Of a stretch of DNA of 64,000 nt, positions 23,415 to 35,054 are shown in pieces. Each line of letters begins with the position of its first letter. The first letter of the stretch is position 1. Position numbers and translations under genes: made by a program. Origin of the DNA: Paraspadella gotoi (taxonomy: Eukaryota; Animalia; Chaetognatha); assembly GCA_051294375.1 (NCBI GenBank), contig CM119270.1, positions 19,223,572-19,287,571 on the forward strand, written 5' to 3'. The notes under the pieces are model-generated. The model did no database searches. It had not been told where the DNA came from and saw nothing but the letters and a program-made list of their open reading frames with translations.

Positions 23415-24671
23415 TAGTTTAAATGCTTGATCTTCTTTAAATTGGCAACCGCCGAGCAGGACAAGTTTCCCGAAAGATCGGCCAAGTTAATTTCACGGAC
23501 GGCGGGTACGCCGAAGAATATTCGTTACGCCCTAGGACTTTGAGTTCGTAATCTCTGGGTATCAGGGAAGCTAACAGAGACAAGAGTTAAACAATCTTGC
23601 TCCGAGATTAATATTTACGACGCCTCTCTTTTTTTCGATAAAATTTTCGGGGTAGCCAGGGATGAAAGACACCGACTTTCTTCTTTCTTTCTTAAAATTG
23701 TACGAAAAAGGATGGTAACATAACGAATAAAGGTCAAGTCGCGCAATGTTTCCAGCCTTTGGAGATGAGAAAAGCTACCGTGAATAGAAAGAGAAAAAAT
23801 GAAATAAAAAAAGATGCCTCGGTGAACAAAAAACACTAAAACAAAACGAAAAAGTCCAATCGTAAATGATTAGCCTGACTCCCAGTTTATTACTACTTGA
23901 AAGTAAATATTTCCATGATGGTATCACAAAACCTCATCAAGTCTGTTCCCAAATTAATGCAATTCCGATTTTGTGTCGTAAAAGAAGGATAAACCAAGGA
24001 ATTGTCGTCAGGATGCAGGTAGGAATACAATATACAAATGTGAACTTTCACAACTGGAAAGCGTCTCAACATTTTTTTAATGTATGTTTTATAATTCCGT
24101 TTTCAGCAGACGCATCAGGGCTATCTTGTAGTCAGCCCTTACCAACTTGGGGACCAAACAAAGACCAGATTTGTACAACGTCCTTATTTTTTGCGACATA
24201 CCATGCCGGGCTGACATAGATACATCTGCACCTCCGACCAACATCATATTCGTTATCTTTTTCTCCTCCTCATGCCTCGCTCTTCTTCTTTCCTTCTGTC
24301 CTCCATTCAACGGGGCAAAGTTAGATGATCGACAGAAACGAACACGCCGGGTTTGACGCCGTGATTTCCCGTTGCTGTCGTTGTCGTCAGCTGGAGCGTT
24401 TCCGCAGCGCCTTTCCAATCTTGCGGGTTCGCAAGCTGCGACTGGCAGCCAAGGTTTGCTGCTCTCGTCCGGCGACGCGGGATGAACCAAGGAGAAGGGA
24501 TTTTCCCGGTTCTCTCACGAAAAGGTATGCGGGAGAATACGGAGGAGAAGAAGGAGGAATTGCCATCGATCTTCGTTTGTCATCATCGTTCATTGTCACG
24601 AGTCATTGTCATCATCTAGTTTTTAAATTCTTCGCTGTCTATATCATGTTAGAGAAAGGCAAGAAGCCATC
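23415..24671 (-). pseudogene. Polinton pPolB N-terminal region, noisy copy
   Basis: Colinear with 26366-27551, with more indels. Confidence 0.7.
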
Positions 24672-26365
24672 TGTGCTTTTTTTTTTAGCACGTGTGCAAA
24701 ATCGTTTATTTTTTATTTACACATGATTTTAAAAATTTCATGCAACATTTTCGGAATCAAACATGTTTTCTCAACTTTCCATTGCCCCGCATACCCCTAA
24801 AATCGGCTATCTAATAATGTTTAAAGCAATTTATAAAAGTTCTTTACAATGATTTATTGGTTAGACATAAAATTTGGTCTAATTCTATGTCAGGAGGGTT
24901 ACGAAGCATCTAAACAAATAATTTTTTAAAAAATATTTATCATTCACGCTCTCTCTTAAATTTATAANNNNNNNNNNNNNNNNNNNNNNNNNAACCCGAG
25001 TTTAAACGTCACGGATGTGCGATCAATGACTTTGCACACTTTAGGAAACGGATCCACAAACATTTGGTCAGTCATGGTGGTGTTATTAGAAAGCTTAGTT
25101 AAACTATTATTTTAATAATCAAAAATATAATATTTAATTTCTTTATTAAAATTTTTAACTATTCACAATTTAAAAAATTCACATTTACATGAAGAAGTTA
25201 TCTACATTAAAGTCACTCCTTTCGAGGTTTTTTGACGATCCACCGGGAACGTCAAAAGGTTCGTTCACGCATCTCATTGTCGTCGTCGTTTCCTCACCAT
25301 CATCCCTCACGCACGGTGGCGTTTAAGTAATCATACAGGTTACCTCCAAACTAGAACAGCGAGAGATATACGTCCCCCAAATTTAAGACCCACGGTTTTG
25401 GACTCGGCCAAAGGCGGTTGAAATGATGCAGGCTGAAAAAATGTATTAAAAAATAGATTAATGTTAATGTTTATGTCACGTGATAAAAAGGTCAACAATG
25501 TAAATGTATTATTTATATGTCTTAAAGACAAGTGAGACAACAGAATAGGAAAACAAAAATTACCGAAGCTGAACCGTGTCCTTGGTTGTCCGTGCAGGGG
25601 GTTTCCAGTAAGGACAAGGCGAAAAGAGGGAGTGCGATAATGAAGACCTTCTTCGCGTGGCGCTTCGTAATATCGTGCGTTTTGCACTCCTTAAAAAAAA
25701 AAATAATACGTAAATATCTAATTTTTTAAGAATAGAATTATTGTTATAAAAAAATAAATAACTCAATAAATAATAAAAACTCACGTCTCAAATCGGCCAA
25801 TGTCTTCTTTCAGTCCCTGCTGGTACCGGCGGAAGAGGGCTACCAGCTCCTGCCTGGACTCTCCAGATGGTACAAATAAGGGGCAATGTTACTACCACTG
25901 GCCGAAGAACCGGAAGACGAGGACGATGACGACGACGATGAGGCATTATATTTGTCTTTTTTCAAGACAAAGTGTGATCTTTTGTCAATCAATGTCATGT
26001 ACTGCGACAGTGGAATGACCCACGAACTAATTAAAGGAAAATAAAAAAAATTAGCGATGAGAAAAATCTCTTTTTATTATTAATTCATTCATTCATTCAT
26101 TCATTCATTCACTTACCGAATAGTCTTGACGCAATTGTACTTGTCATTTTCAATTTTTATCGCCTCCATGGATAGTAATCTAAACGAGAAGAAAATTAAA
26201 TTCATAATAATAATATCATATATTTAATGTTTAATGTTAATATATACACAACAATAAGAAATAAAAAACACAGATAACTTACTTTCCCTCGTCGTCATCG
26301 TTGCTGCCCTTGGATTTTCTTTTCATCCCGAAATATTGAGCTATTTTTTTTTCTTAAAAAGCAGC

Positions 26366-27551
26366 AATCGTTTAAATGCTCGATCTTCTTTAAATCGGCA
26401 ACCGCCACGGGACAAGTTTTCGAAAGATCGCCAAAGTTAATTTCGGAGGCGTACCAAAGATATTTGTTAGCCCTGGACTTTGAGTCCGTAATCTCTGGGT
26501 GAAGGGAAGCTAACAGAGACAAGAGTAAACAATCTTGCTCACGAGACTTAATGTTTACGACCGCCTTCTTTTTTTCGATAAATTTCGGGGTAGGGATGAA
26601 AGAACCGACTTTCTTCTTCTTTCTTAAATTGTAGAAAAAGGATGGTAACATACGAATAAAGGTCAAGTCCACATGTTCCAGCCTTTGGAAGATGAGAAAG
26701 CTTCCTGAAAGAAGAGAAAAAATGAAATAAAAAAAAGATTGCCTCGGTGAAAAACAGTAAAATAAACAAAACGAAAAAAGTCAATAGTAAATGATACCTG
26801 ACTCCAGTTTATTTACTATTTGTAAAGTAAATATTTCCATGATGGTATCCAAAACCTCATCCAAGTCTGTTCCCAAATTAATCAATTCCAATTTTGTGTC
26901 GTAAAAGAAGGATACCAAGGAATTGTCGTCAGGATGCAGGTAGGATACCAATATACAAATGTGAACTTTCACAACTGGAACGCGTCTCAACATTTTTTTA
27001 ATGTATGTTTTTAATTGCGTTTTCAGACGCATCAGGGCTATTTTGTAGTTAGCCACTTCCAACTTGGGGACCAAACAAACCGTTTTTACAACGTCCTTAT
27101 ATTTGCAACAACCATCCGGGCTGACAGAATACATCTGACCTCCAACATCATCTTCGTAATCTTTCTCCTCCTCATCCTCCTCTTCTTCTTCCTTCTGTCC
27201 TCCATTCAACGGGGCAAAGTTGATGATCGAAGAACGAACACCGGGTTTGACGGCCGTGATTTCCACGTTGCTGTCGTTGTCGTCAGCTGGGCGTTTCGCA
27301 GCGCCTCCAATTTGCGGCTGCAAGCTGCGACTGCAGCAAGGTTGCTGCTCATCGTCGGCGACGGCGGATGAACCCACAAGGAGAAGGGATTTTCCCGGTT
27401 CTCTCACGAAAGGTATGGGAGAATACGGAGGAGAAGAGGAGGAATTGCCATCATCTTCGTTGTCATCATCTTCATTGTCACGATCATTGTCATCATCTAG
27501 TTTTTAAATCTCTTCGCTGGTCTTATCATGGTTTAGAGAAGAAGAAGCCAT
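26366..27551 (-). pseudogene. Polinton/adintovirus protein-primed DNA polymerase B, N-terminal region, intron-containing and truncated
   Basis: Splicing out 26797-26705 gives KLESGSFLIFQRLEHVDLTF..GSFIPTPKFIEKKKAVVNIKSREQDCLLLSLLASLHP..RANKY..EINFGDL..PVAVADLKKIEHLN. This fits the GSGW..GSYIPLP..KKAxxNxxN.D..CF..LA.LHP..FE..N block. No exonuclease or polymerase motifs follow. Confidence 0.8.
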
Positions 27552-27859
27552 CTGTTTTTTTTTACACATGTGCAAATCGTTTATTTTTATTTACAATGAT
27601 TTTAAAAATTTCATGCAACATTTTCGAATCTAAACATGTTTTCTCACTTTCCATTCCCCCCATACCCCTAAAATCGCTATCTAATAGTTTATAACAATTA
27701 TAAAGTTCTTTACAATGATTCTATTGGTTAGACATAAATTTGGTCTAATTCTATGTAAGGAAGGGTTACAAGCATTAAAATAATTTTTTCAAAAAATTTA
27801 TCATCAACGCTCTTTCTCCTTAAATTTATAAAAAGAAGAGTCCGCTTCACAAAATGCTA

Positions 27860-28230
27860 AAAAAGATGAATTTTCAATTGTTTGATTAGGTTAATGATGT
27901 CCTGATCTTCTCCATCCTTGGCCCGCAACTCCTCGATCCTTTGCGCCGCGACCTCCATCTTCTTTTCATTTTCAATAAAATTGTTTGACGCCTGAGTAAA
28001 CTCAACAGACTTCTCTTTGCAAGACACACAGGTTGGTTAAAGTTTCAGATCTTCGGGACTGGCTCTCTCTTCTCCAACAAAAGTTTTCTTTACACCTCGA
28101 ATCGACGCCCCTACGTCGGAATAATACTTGCACAGAGAAAAATATACTTTGTCTATGAAAAGCATACTTTTCCCAGAGTTGTGCAAGAATTAAAAAACAG
28201 TTTGATCTCTTCCGGAATTGAGAAGGGCAT
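27860..28230 (-). pseudogene. Hypothetical gene A (about 120 aa, coiled-coil C-terminus); other copies at 18391-18660 and 20870-21305
   Basis: MPFSIPEEIKLFF...VEFTQASNNFIENEKKMEVAAQRIEELRAKDGEDQDII, with indels. Confidence 0.5.
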
Positions 28231-28264
28231 AATTTGTTTTAACTAAAATGTAAGTTAATTATTT

Positions 28265-29063
28265 AATCACGAGATAATTTGACGGCGTCCCATTTGATAA
28301 TATAAATTTTGTAAAATAGTTAAACATCTATATACACACTGACAATTATTTTCTAAATAATTTTCATCTAAATGGATATCTAACCATATTTTTCTACTAA
28401 TTTTTTACACAAAATCCACTTTTCATATGATTTGTTAATTAACTCCAAATTAAGCTTACTTTTAAATAACGCCCTTATTGATATTTGATTAATTAAAAAA
28501 TCATCCCATCATAATATTTTTAAATCCACACAATTTAAAATTTCATAGGAATATGAACATATGAAATGTGTTTTTAAAACAAAAAAATATTTGGCTAATT
28601 TCTAATAATAAAAACAAAATGTCCCTAAAATTCCCACCCCCACTCTACGTTACAGTAATTTAAGGCAAAACGTAAAATACTAATTGATTAATGCCTAATT
28701 TTCTAAAGTATGAGAAATATGAGTTCAGATGATAATGTCCATGGCAAATGGTGATCGAAAGTAAAGAGCTCTTCCTTCTTCTTTCCCAAACCTGACCCAT
28801 CACCTGCATCCACCATATCGTCGATTGTCTCCAGATGATAATTGTATCGGTCCATAATCATGTTGATAATCGAGTCCTTGACGATATTCACGATGGAAGG
28901 CTTGGTTCACTTCCACCAAGACGTGAAGAATCAACCCGAGTTTAAACGTCACGGATGTGCGATCAATGACTTCGGACACTTTAGGAAACGGATCCACACA
29001 CATTTGGTCAGTCATGGTGGTGTTATTAGAAAGCTTAGTTAAACAATTATTTTTAATAATCAA
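28265..29063 (-). pseudogene. Hypothetical gene B, second full copy
   Basis: MTDQMCVDPFPKVSEVIDRTSVTFKLGLILHVLVEVNQAFH... continuing to the same C-terminus as copy 1. Confidence 0.55.
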
Positions 29064-29149
29064 AAATATAATATTTAATTTCTTTATTATAATTTTTACC
29101 TATTCACAATTTAAAAAATTCACATTTCATGAAAAAGTTTTTATTAAAG

Positions 29150-30370
29150 TCACTCCTTTCGAGGTTTTTTTGAACATCCGGGAACGTCAAAAGGTTCGTC
29201 TCCAGCGTCGTCATTGTCGTCGTCGTTGTCCTCACATCATCCTCACGCACGTGCGTTTAACGTAAATACCATGCAGGTATTCCAAACTAGAACAGCGAGA
29301 GATATACGTCCCCCAAATTTAAGACCACGGTTTTGGAATCGGCCAAGGTCGGGTTGAAATGATGCAGGCTGAAAAAAGTATTAAAAAATAGATTAATGTT
29401 AATGTTTATGTCACGTGATAAAAAGGTCAACAATGTAAATGTATTATTTATGTCTTTAAAGACAATGAGACAACGAATAGGAAAAAAAAAATTTACCGAA
29501 GCTGAACCGTGTCCTTGGGTTGTCCGTGAGGGGGTTTCCAGTAAGACAAGGCAAACAAAAGGGAGTGCGATATGAAGACCTTTTCCGCGGTGGCGTTCGT
29601 ATATCCGTGCGTTTTGCACATCCTTAAAAAAAAAAAATAATAGTAAATATCTAATTTTTTAAGAATAGAATTATTGTTATAAAAAAATAAATAACTCGAA
29701 TAAATTAATAAAAACTCACGTCTCAAATCGGCCAATGTCTTCTTTCAGTCCCTGCTGGTACCGGCGGAAGAGGGCTACCAGCTCCTGCCTGGACAACTCC
29801 AGATGGTACAAATAAGGGGCAACGTTACTACCACCGGCCGAAGAACCGGAAGACGAGAACGATGACGACGACGATGAGGCATCATATTTGTCTTTTTTCA
29901 AGACAAAGTGTAATCTTTTGTCGATCAATGTCGCGTACTGTGACAGTGGAATGACCCATGAACTAATTAAAGGAAAATAAAAAAAATTAGCGATGAGAAA
30001 AATCTCTTTTTATTATTAATTCATTCATTCATTCATTCATTCATTCATTCACTCACTTACTGAATAGTCTTGACGCGATTGTACTTGTCATTTTCAATTT
30101 TTATCGCCTCCACGGTCAGTAATCTAAACGAGAAGAAAATTAAATTCATAATATTAATATCATGTATTTAATGTTTAATGTTAATATATACACAACAATA
30201 AGAAATAAAAAACACATAACTTACTTTCCCTCGTCGTCGTCGTTGTTGCCCTTGGATTTTCTTTTCATCCCGAAATATTGAGCCAATTTTTTTTCTTAGA
30301 AACCAGCAACTCGGCGCATNNNNNNNNNNTGAGCCAATTTTTTTTTTTAGAAAGCAGCAACTCGGCGCAT
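29150..30370 (-). pseudogene. Hypothetical multi-exon gene C (about 5 exons); copies at 22230-23410 and 25200-26362
   Basis: GTAAGT/GTGAGT donors near 30222, 30060 and 29719. Exons include VEAIKIENDKYNRVKTI and SWVIPLSQYATLIDKRLHFVLKK..YLYHLELSRQELVALF. Boundaries approximate. Confidence 0.5.
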
Positions 30371-30452
30371 AATCTTAAATTATGTTTCCTTTAAACGAAT
30401 TGAAAAAAATCTTTAAGTATTTTATTATGATAATAAAATATATATAATTAAA

Positions 30453-30704
30453 TCACCTCAATTTTAAATTTTCCATCTTAAGTTTGTTATTTATTCCTAC
30501 GTGTTGAACAACTTCAACATCGTGAGAATAAATTCCTATTAAATTTCGTTTACAACCTTGCCCCTGACATAATTTATAATAGTTTGTTCTACAAACTGAA
30601 CAATTAGGAATTATTTTTTGTTTTTCATCGCGAATTTTAATCTTTTTAAAACAATCGGTACAAACGACATGTCCATTTTCGCAAACAATTAATTGTGACG
30701 TCAT
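30453..30704 (-). CDS. Partial RING-finger protein lacking the first CxxC
   Basis: CENGHVVCTDC..CSVCR is similar to the 3660 RING. TATAAAAAG lies about 45 nt upstream. Confidence 0.65.
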   Translation of the reverse strand: MTSQLIVCENGHVVCTDCFKKIKIRDEKQKIIPNCSVCRTNYYKLCQGQGCKRNLIGIYSHDVEVVQHVGINNKLKMENLKLR

Positions 30705-30948
30705 GATGAAAATTTGTCGCTTTGAAAATGTAAAAAATTTGGTTCTCTTTTTATATCCCTGTTAAAAACACTCAAAGACTCAAAAGTCATCGGTTGAGTA
30801 TCCGGTTTTCGTAATCACACAATATTCTCTCTTTTTTTTTTCTAGCGAGATAACTATTATCAAAAAACAAAGTTTTGCCAAGTTTCAGTAACTAATCGAA
30901 GATTTGAAAAGAAATTTCTAATGCTAAAAAATTTCCTAGTAAATTAAA

Positions 30949-32069
30949 ATGTTAATTTGGACATTAATATTCTTAGTAAAACTCGTTGAGGGTGTGGTGG
31001 AACCGGATCAGGTAATATTAAAAATGTTTTGATGTATTTTTTTACTGCAAAAAAATTTTTAATAAATGTAACACGTATTTAAGATTGTAACCATTGGAAC
31101 GGATTTACCGCTCTTAACACGACCGCCACTATGGTGGACAACAACGACAACAACAAGGATGAAGACGATGGAAACAATGACAAGCATGATGAAGACGACG
31201 AGCGGCACTACCAGGATGATGGCGACAGATACTACGACAAGCAAAAAAGAGACGACAATGACGAAAGAAAGCACGACGCAAACAACTACTAAAACAAACG
31301 CCAGCACCCCACTGAGAAAGTTTGTATAGAGAGACCTCCAGGTTAATATCCCGCTCTTCTCCCCCACCCACCAATCGCCTACACTGAGAAAGCTTGTATA
31401 GAGAGACCTCCAGGTTAATCTCTCGCTCTTCTCCCCCACCCACCAGGGTGCACCCTAGAAGCGTCCGTAACAAAAGAGATCGTGACGGAAGCCACTGTGA
31501 CGGAAGGGAGCACGACGGAAGGGAGCATGACGGAAGGGAGCACGACAGAAAAAAGAACAATGGAAGGGAGCGCCACAAAAAAAAGAACAATTGAAGCGAG
31601 CGAAACCACAATGGAAACAAGGACAATAGAAAAAAGTACGATGGAAGGGAATATAGCATCATCCACAAAAACTACATCTAATTCATTATGGAATACCTCA
31701 ATTGAAACCATGACTATTTCGTTAAAACCGGCGCAAAGCAGACAAGCAGAAAGAATAAATGATAAACGTAAATCAACGATAGAAATTTTTTTTGACATTT
31801 TTAATTCCGGATTAAATATAGGAATTTTCATAATGGTCTTAATAATTTTAAAAAAGATGAGTAACGACATTCAGAATGTAAGTAGAAAAAATCGACCTTA
31901 TCCGCCAAAAAGCACTTCATCAATTGAAAAAAGGGTTAAACAAAGGAACATTAGAAAGTTTGAAAATAAAAGTAACGAGGAACCAAATGATGAAGAAGAC
32001 ATAAAAATAGAGAATGAAATCCCAAAGAGGAAAAAAAAAAGCTTTCACGTCGTTACTAAAAAGAAATAA
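30949..32069 (+). CDS. Mucin-like type I membrane protein (paralog 3), interrupted near 31310-31445
   Basis: Exon 1 (30949-31011) MLIWTLIFLVKLVEGVVEPDQ; intron 31012-31083; IVTIGTDLPLLTRPPLWWTTTT; TEGST repeats; TM IFNSGLNIGIFIMVLIILKK; basic tail. A duplicated segment (about 72-bp period) introduces a stop. Confidence 0.75.
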
Positions 32070-33059
32070 AAAAAGATATCAAATAACGAACGAAGGTTAC
32101 AACAAGGAAGAATCTACACCATCGTCATCCTCGTCTGAAGATGGATCGACGCCGCCGACTTTGCAATCATTCGGCAAAAAGTCAAACGAAAAAAAAAGGA
32201 TGAAAATAAGGTTGAAATCCTTAGCTTTGACGAAATCAATATCGAAAATCAAAAAGAGGAAACGAAAAAAAATCCGGTTTCACTTTCACCTATAATTTTA
32301 GCCAATGTTCCATTTTTAATCAAAAATCCTAATGCGGAATCTAATTTGTTTGAGTAAAGTATTTTTTCTTATATAAAAAAACAAATTATGGGAATTAAAT
32401 TGATATAATTCGTTTTAATGATTGATAAATATAAAAATTTAACAATGGTGAAAATATAACTAGAAAACTAATTTAAAACACTGTGCATATTTATCATCTG
32501 ACAAAGGTAAAAAGGTTCAATGGTTTCAACGGTCACAAAAAGCCGGCTAAATCTTTTCCACGTAACAATTTCACGTGAAGACCTGCCCATGAAATCGCTA
32601 TTTTTTTTTTTGCCCGATGAACTTAGATAGGAATTAGGACCCGGAGGTTATGAGAAAAAAAGGTTTGAGTCATGGAATCAGCCCAGCTTTTATCAACCGA
32701 TTAGAAAACTAGCGAGTTTTTTTTGGCAATCTGATTGTTTAAGTTGGCAATCGGCGAGACTCGGTTAGAGACTTTAGTGTTTATTGTTTACCAATCGCTA
32801 ACTTTTATTTCCTCATAGTTGTCTATTATTGAGCATCTCTACTAATTTGGCAAAAACATTAAGACTATCAAGCGATTGTTCAGTATCTCTACTAATTCAA
32901 CAAAAAACAGTAATACTAACAATCGAAATCTTTTTTCTCAAGTATCTCCGTCGATTTAATCACAAGATTCAGATTAAAAACAGATTTAATCACAGGATTC
33001 CGATTAAAACACTCGAGTTCGCTTCGCTTATCCTTATCACTGATGGCTAGAAGGTAAAA

Positions 33060-34010
33060 ACATATATCTCTCATGTTTATCTTTTGTCTTTCAACAACTA
33101 GATTGCGCTTTATTCGCGAGTGATGTCTCTGGCTACCGATAGAAAAAACAAAATATTAAACTCGATCTTTACCTTCAAATATTCATTGTAATTATTGTTA
33201 TAAAATACAAGACCATTTAATTTCTACAAATGATGAAGGATTTAAAGAAACATTCGGGGATTCTCTTCAAGAATCCCCGAATGTTTCACATTCATAAGTT
33301 CCAGGCGTGATTGTTTACATCCAGTTTTTCATTTATATGCTTTGTTTCGTTAATTGAATTAGGAGTGAGTCACAATACACAGAATTCTTTTTTATTAAAT
33401 CGAATTCAGATGGCTAATAAGATAATTTTAATTATGATACTAATTACGAAAAATCTGAAATCTTTCATAAAACATTCTCAGTCGCAAGAAAGAAAAATGC
33501 AGCAAATGTTGAAATAGCGAGAGTGACGTCATCTTTAATGCTAAAGTGGTGACGTATTTTGATGACGTTATAACAGAAATTGATGACATAATATAGGAGT
33601 GTTTTAATGACGTAATAGCCAAAGGTAATGACGTCATAACCGAAGGTGACCTTGGCAAAGTGATGGCGTATTTTGGTGACGTCATAACAGGGAAGTGATG
33701 ACGTCATGACCGGAAGTGATGACGTCATGACCGGAAATGATGACGTCATAACCGGATGTGATGACGTCATGACCGGAAGTGAAAACGTCATGACCGGAAG
33801 CGATGACGTCATAACCGGAAGTGATGACGTCATAACCGAAAATGATGACGTCATGACCGGAAGTGGTGACGTCATGACTGGAAGTGATGACGTCATGACC
33901 GGAAGTGATGACGTCATAACCGGAAGTGATGACGTCATGACCGGAAGTGATGACGTCATGACCGGAAGTGATGACGTCATCTGCGCCTGAAAGCTTGTTT
34001 TTCTATCTCT
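33060..34010 (-). repeat. Right terminal inverted repeat, ending CTATCTCT
   Basis: Reverse complement of 6100-6730; host-type sequence follows. Confidence 0.7.
33680..33981 (-). repeat. 21-bp tandem array (GATGACGTCATGACCGGAAGT), about 14 copies
   Basis: Directly visible; inverted relative to 6151-6270. Confidence 0.95.
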
Positions 34011-34467
34011 TACATCTATATTTAGAATTTAAACTCATGATACAATTTTGACTTGTCCCAGAGTGATTTAGATTTATATCAATTGTGAAATCCAACTCGC
34101 GAAATTATTGACGTGATTCCAACTTATGACCTTTTTAAGACTCCCGGCGTCGAAAAAATACTAATCTGTTTTATTGATTGATTAATTAATATATATATAT
34201 ATATATTAATCATCGTTTTATTTCAGGTCGTGATTGTCAGTTGGTATTTTTAGTTAAATTCCGAAAATAAATTATACATAATTTTTTTCGCATTTAGGCA
34301 TTATTTTAAATATATTTTCCTAGTATTTTTATAACATCCCTTTGTCGAATTAAGCTAGCATAATAGTTAGCCTAATAGCCTTTTAAAATCCTATTTTTAG
34401 AAATCCTCCTCTTTCATTACCCATCTTTTCCTCACCAATTTTACCCCCCGCCCCATAATTAACTTAC

Positions 34468-35054
34468 CCCATCGTCTCGATCTTAACTTCCCCGCGACAA
34501 TCGACGCGCAGACCTCCGCGCGGGTAAGTCTCCCCCGCAGCTACTTCCCTCTCGTCGACTGTCAAGTAACAAACTTTCCCCGCCTGAGATTCGCTCTCGT
34601 CGAAACATCGGCTTCTCTTTTTATTCAATTCTTTGTCGTAGCAAAATTGGATCATCGGGTAATAAGGCAAGAGATAATCGGGTAATCGACATTCTTCGAA
34701 AGAGTTTTCCAAGACGAACGGCATCATGTTGACGCGAATCCCCGTCGGCGGAGGAAATTGGACCGCGTATTCTTGATCCGCGCGACGCGTCAATTTCGCG
34801 AAAAAGATGAGCGTGTCTTCCTCGTTCGACTTTCGACCGTACCACGGTTCGCACAATTTCTCCAACAAATCCCCGTACATTTCCACGGAAAAGTATTTGA
34901 CGTGTCTGCGCCATCGGGACTCGTTGGTGGCCAGAGTGACGATGGCGTCGACGAGGTGGGGCGTGCCGCGGAGAAGAGAGAGGGCGCTGTCGTCGTCGGC
35001 GACGCCTGAGTGGATGAGAGAGCAGACGACGGAGGGATGAAGGGGAGACGCCAT
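34468..35054 (-). CDS. First exon of a host gene, uncharacterised 2OG-Fe(II) oxygenase-like (DSBH) family
   Basis: FPPPTGIRVNMMPF..RLPDYLLPYYPMI..GKVCYLTVDEREVAAGETYPRGGLRVD. AAGATGG start and GTAAGT donor at 34467. Confidence 0.65.

Larger units (their letters stand above)
20540..30370. repeat. About 4-kb tandem unit (pPolB N-terminus, spacer, genes A, B, C), about 2.5-3 copies
   Basis: The same blocks recur: gene C at 22230, 25200 and 29150; pPolB at 23415 and 26366. The C/pPolB junction appears at both 23410 and 26362. Confidence 0.9.

Noticed and set aside
33465-33990. ORFs with MTSSLPV / MTGSDDV heptad repeats; CRISPR-like appearance
   Set aside because: By-product of a 21-bp tandem repeat. 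There are no unique spacers and no cas genes, and the context is eukaryotic.
6094-34016. 6-bp TSD around the large element
   Set aside because: The flanks ATTGTA and TACATC do not match, so a single insertion event is not proven.
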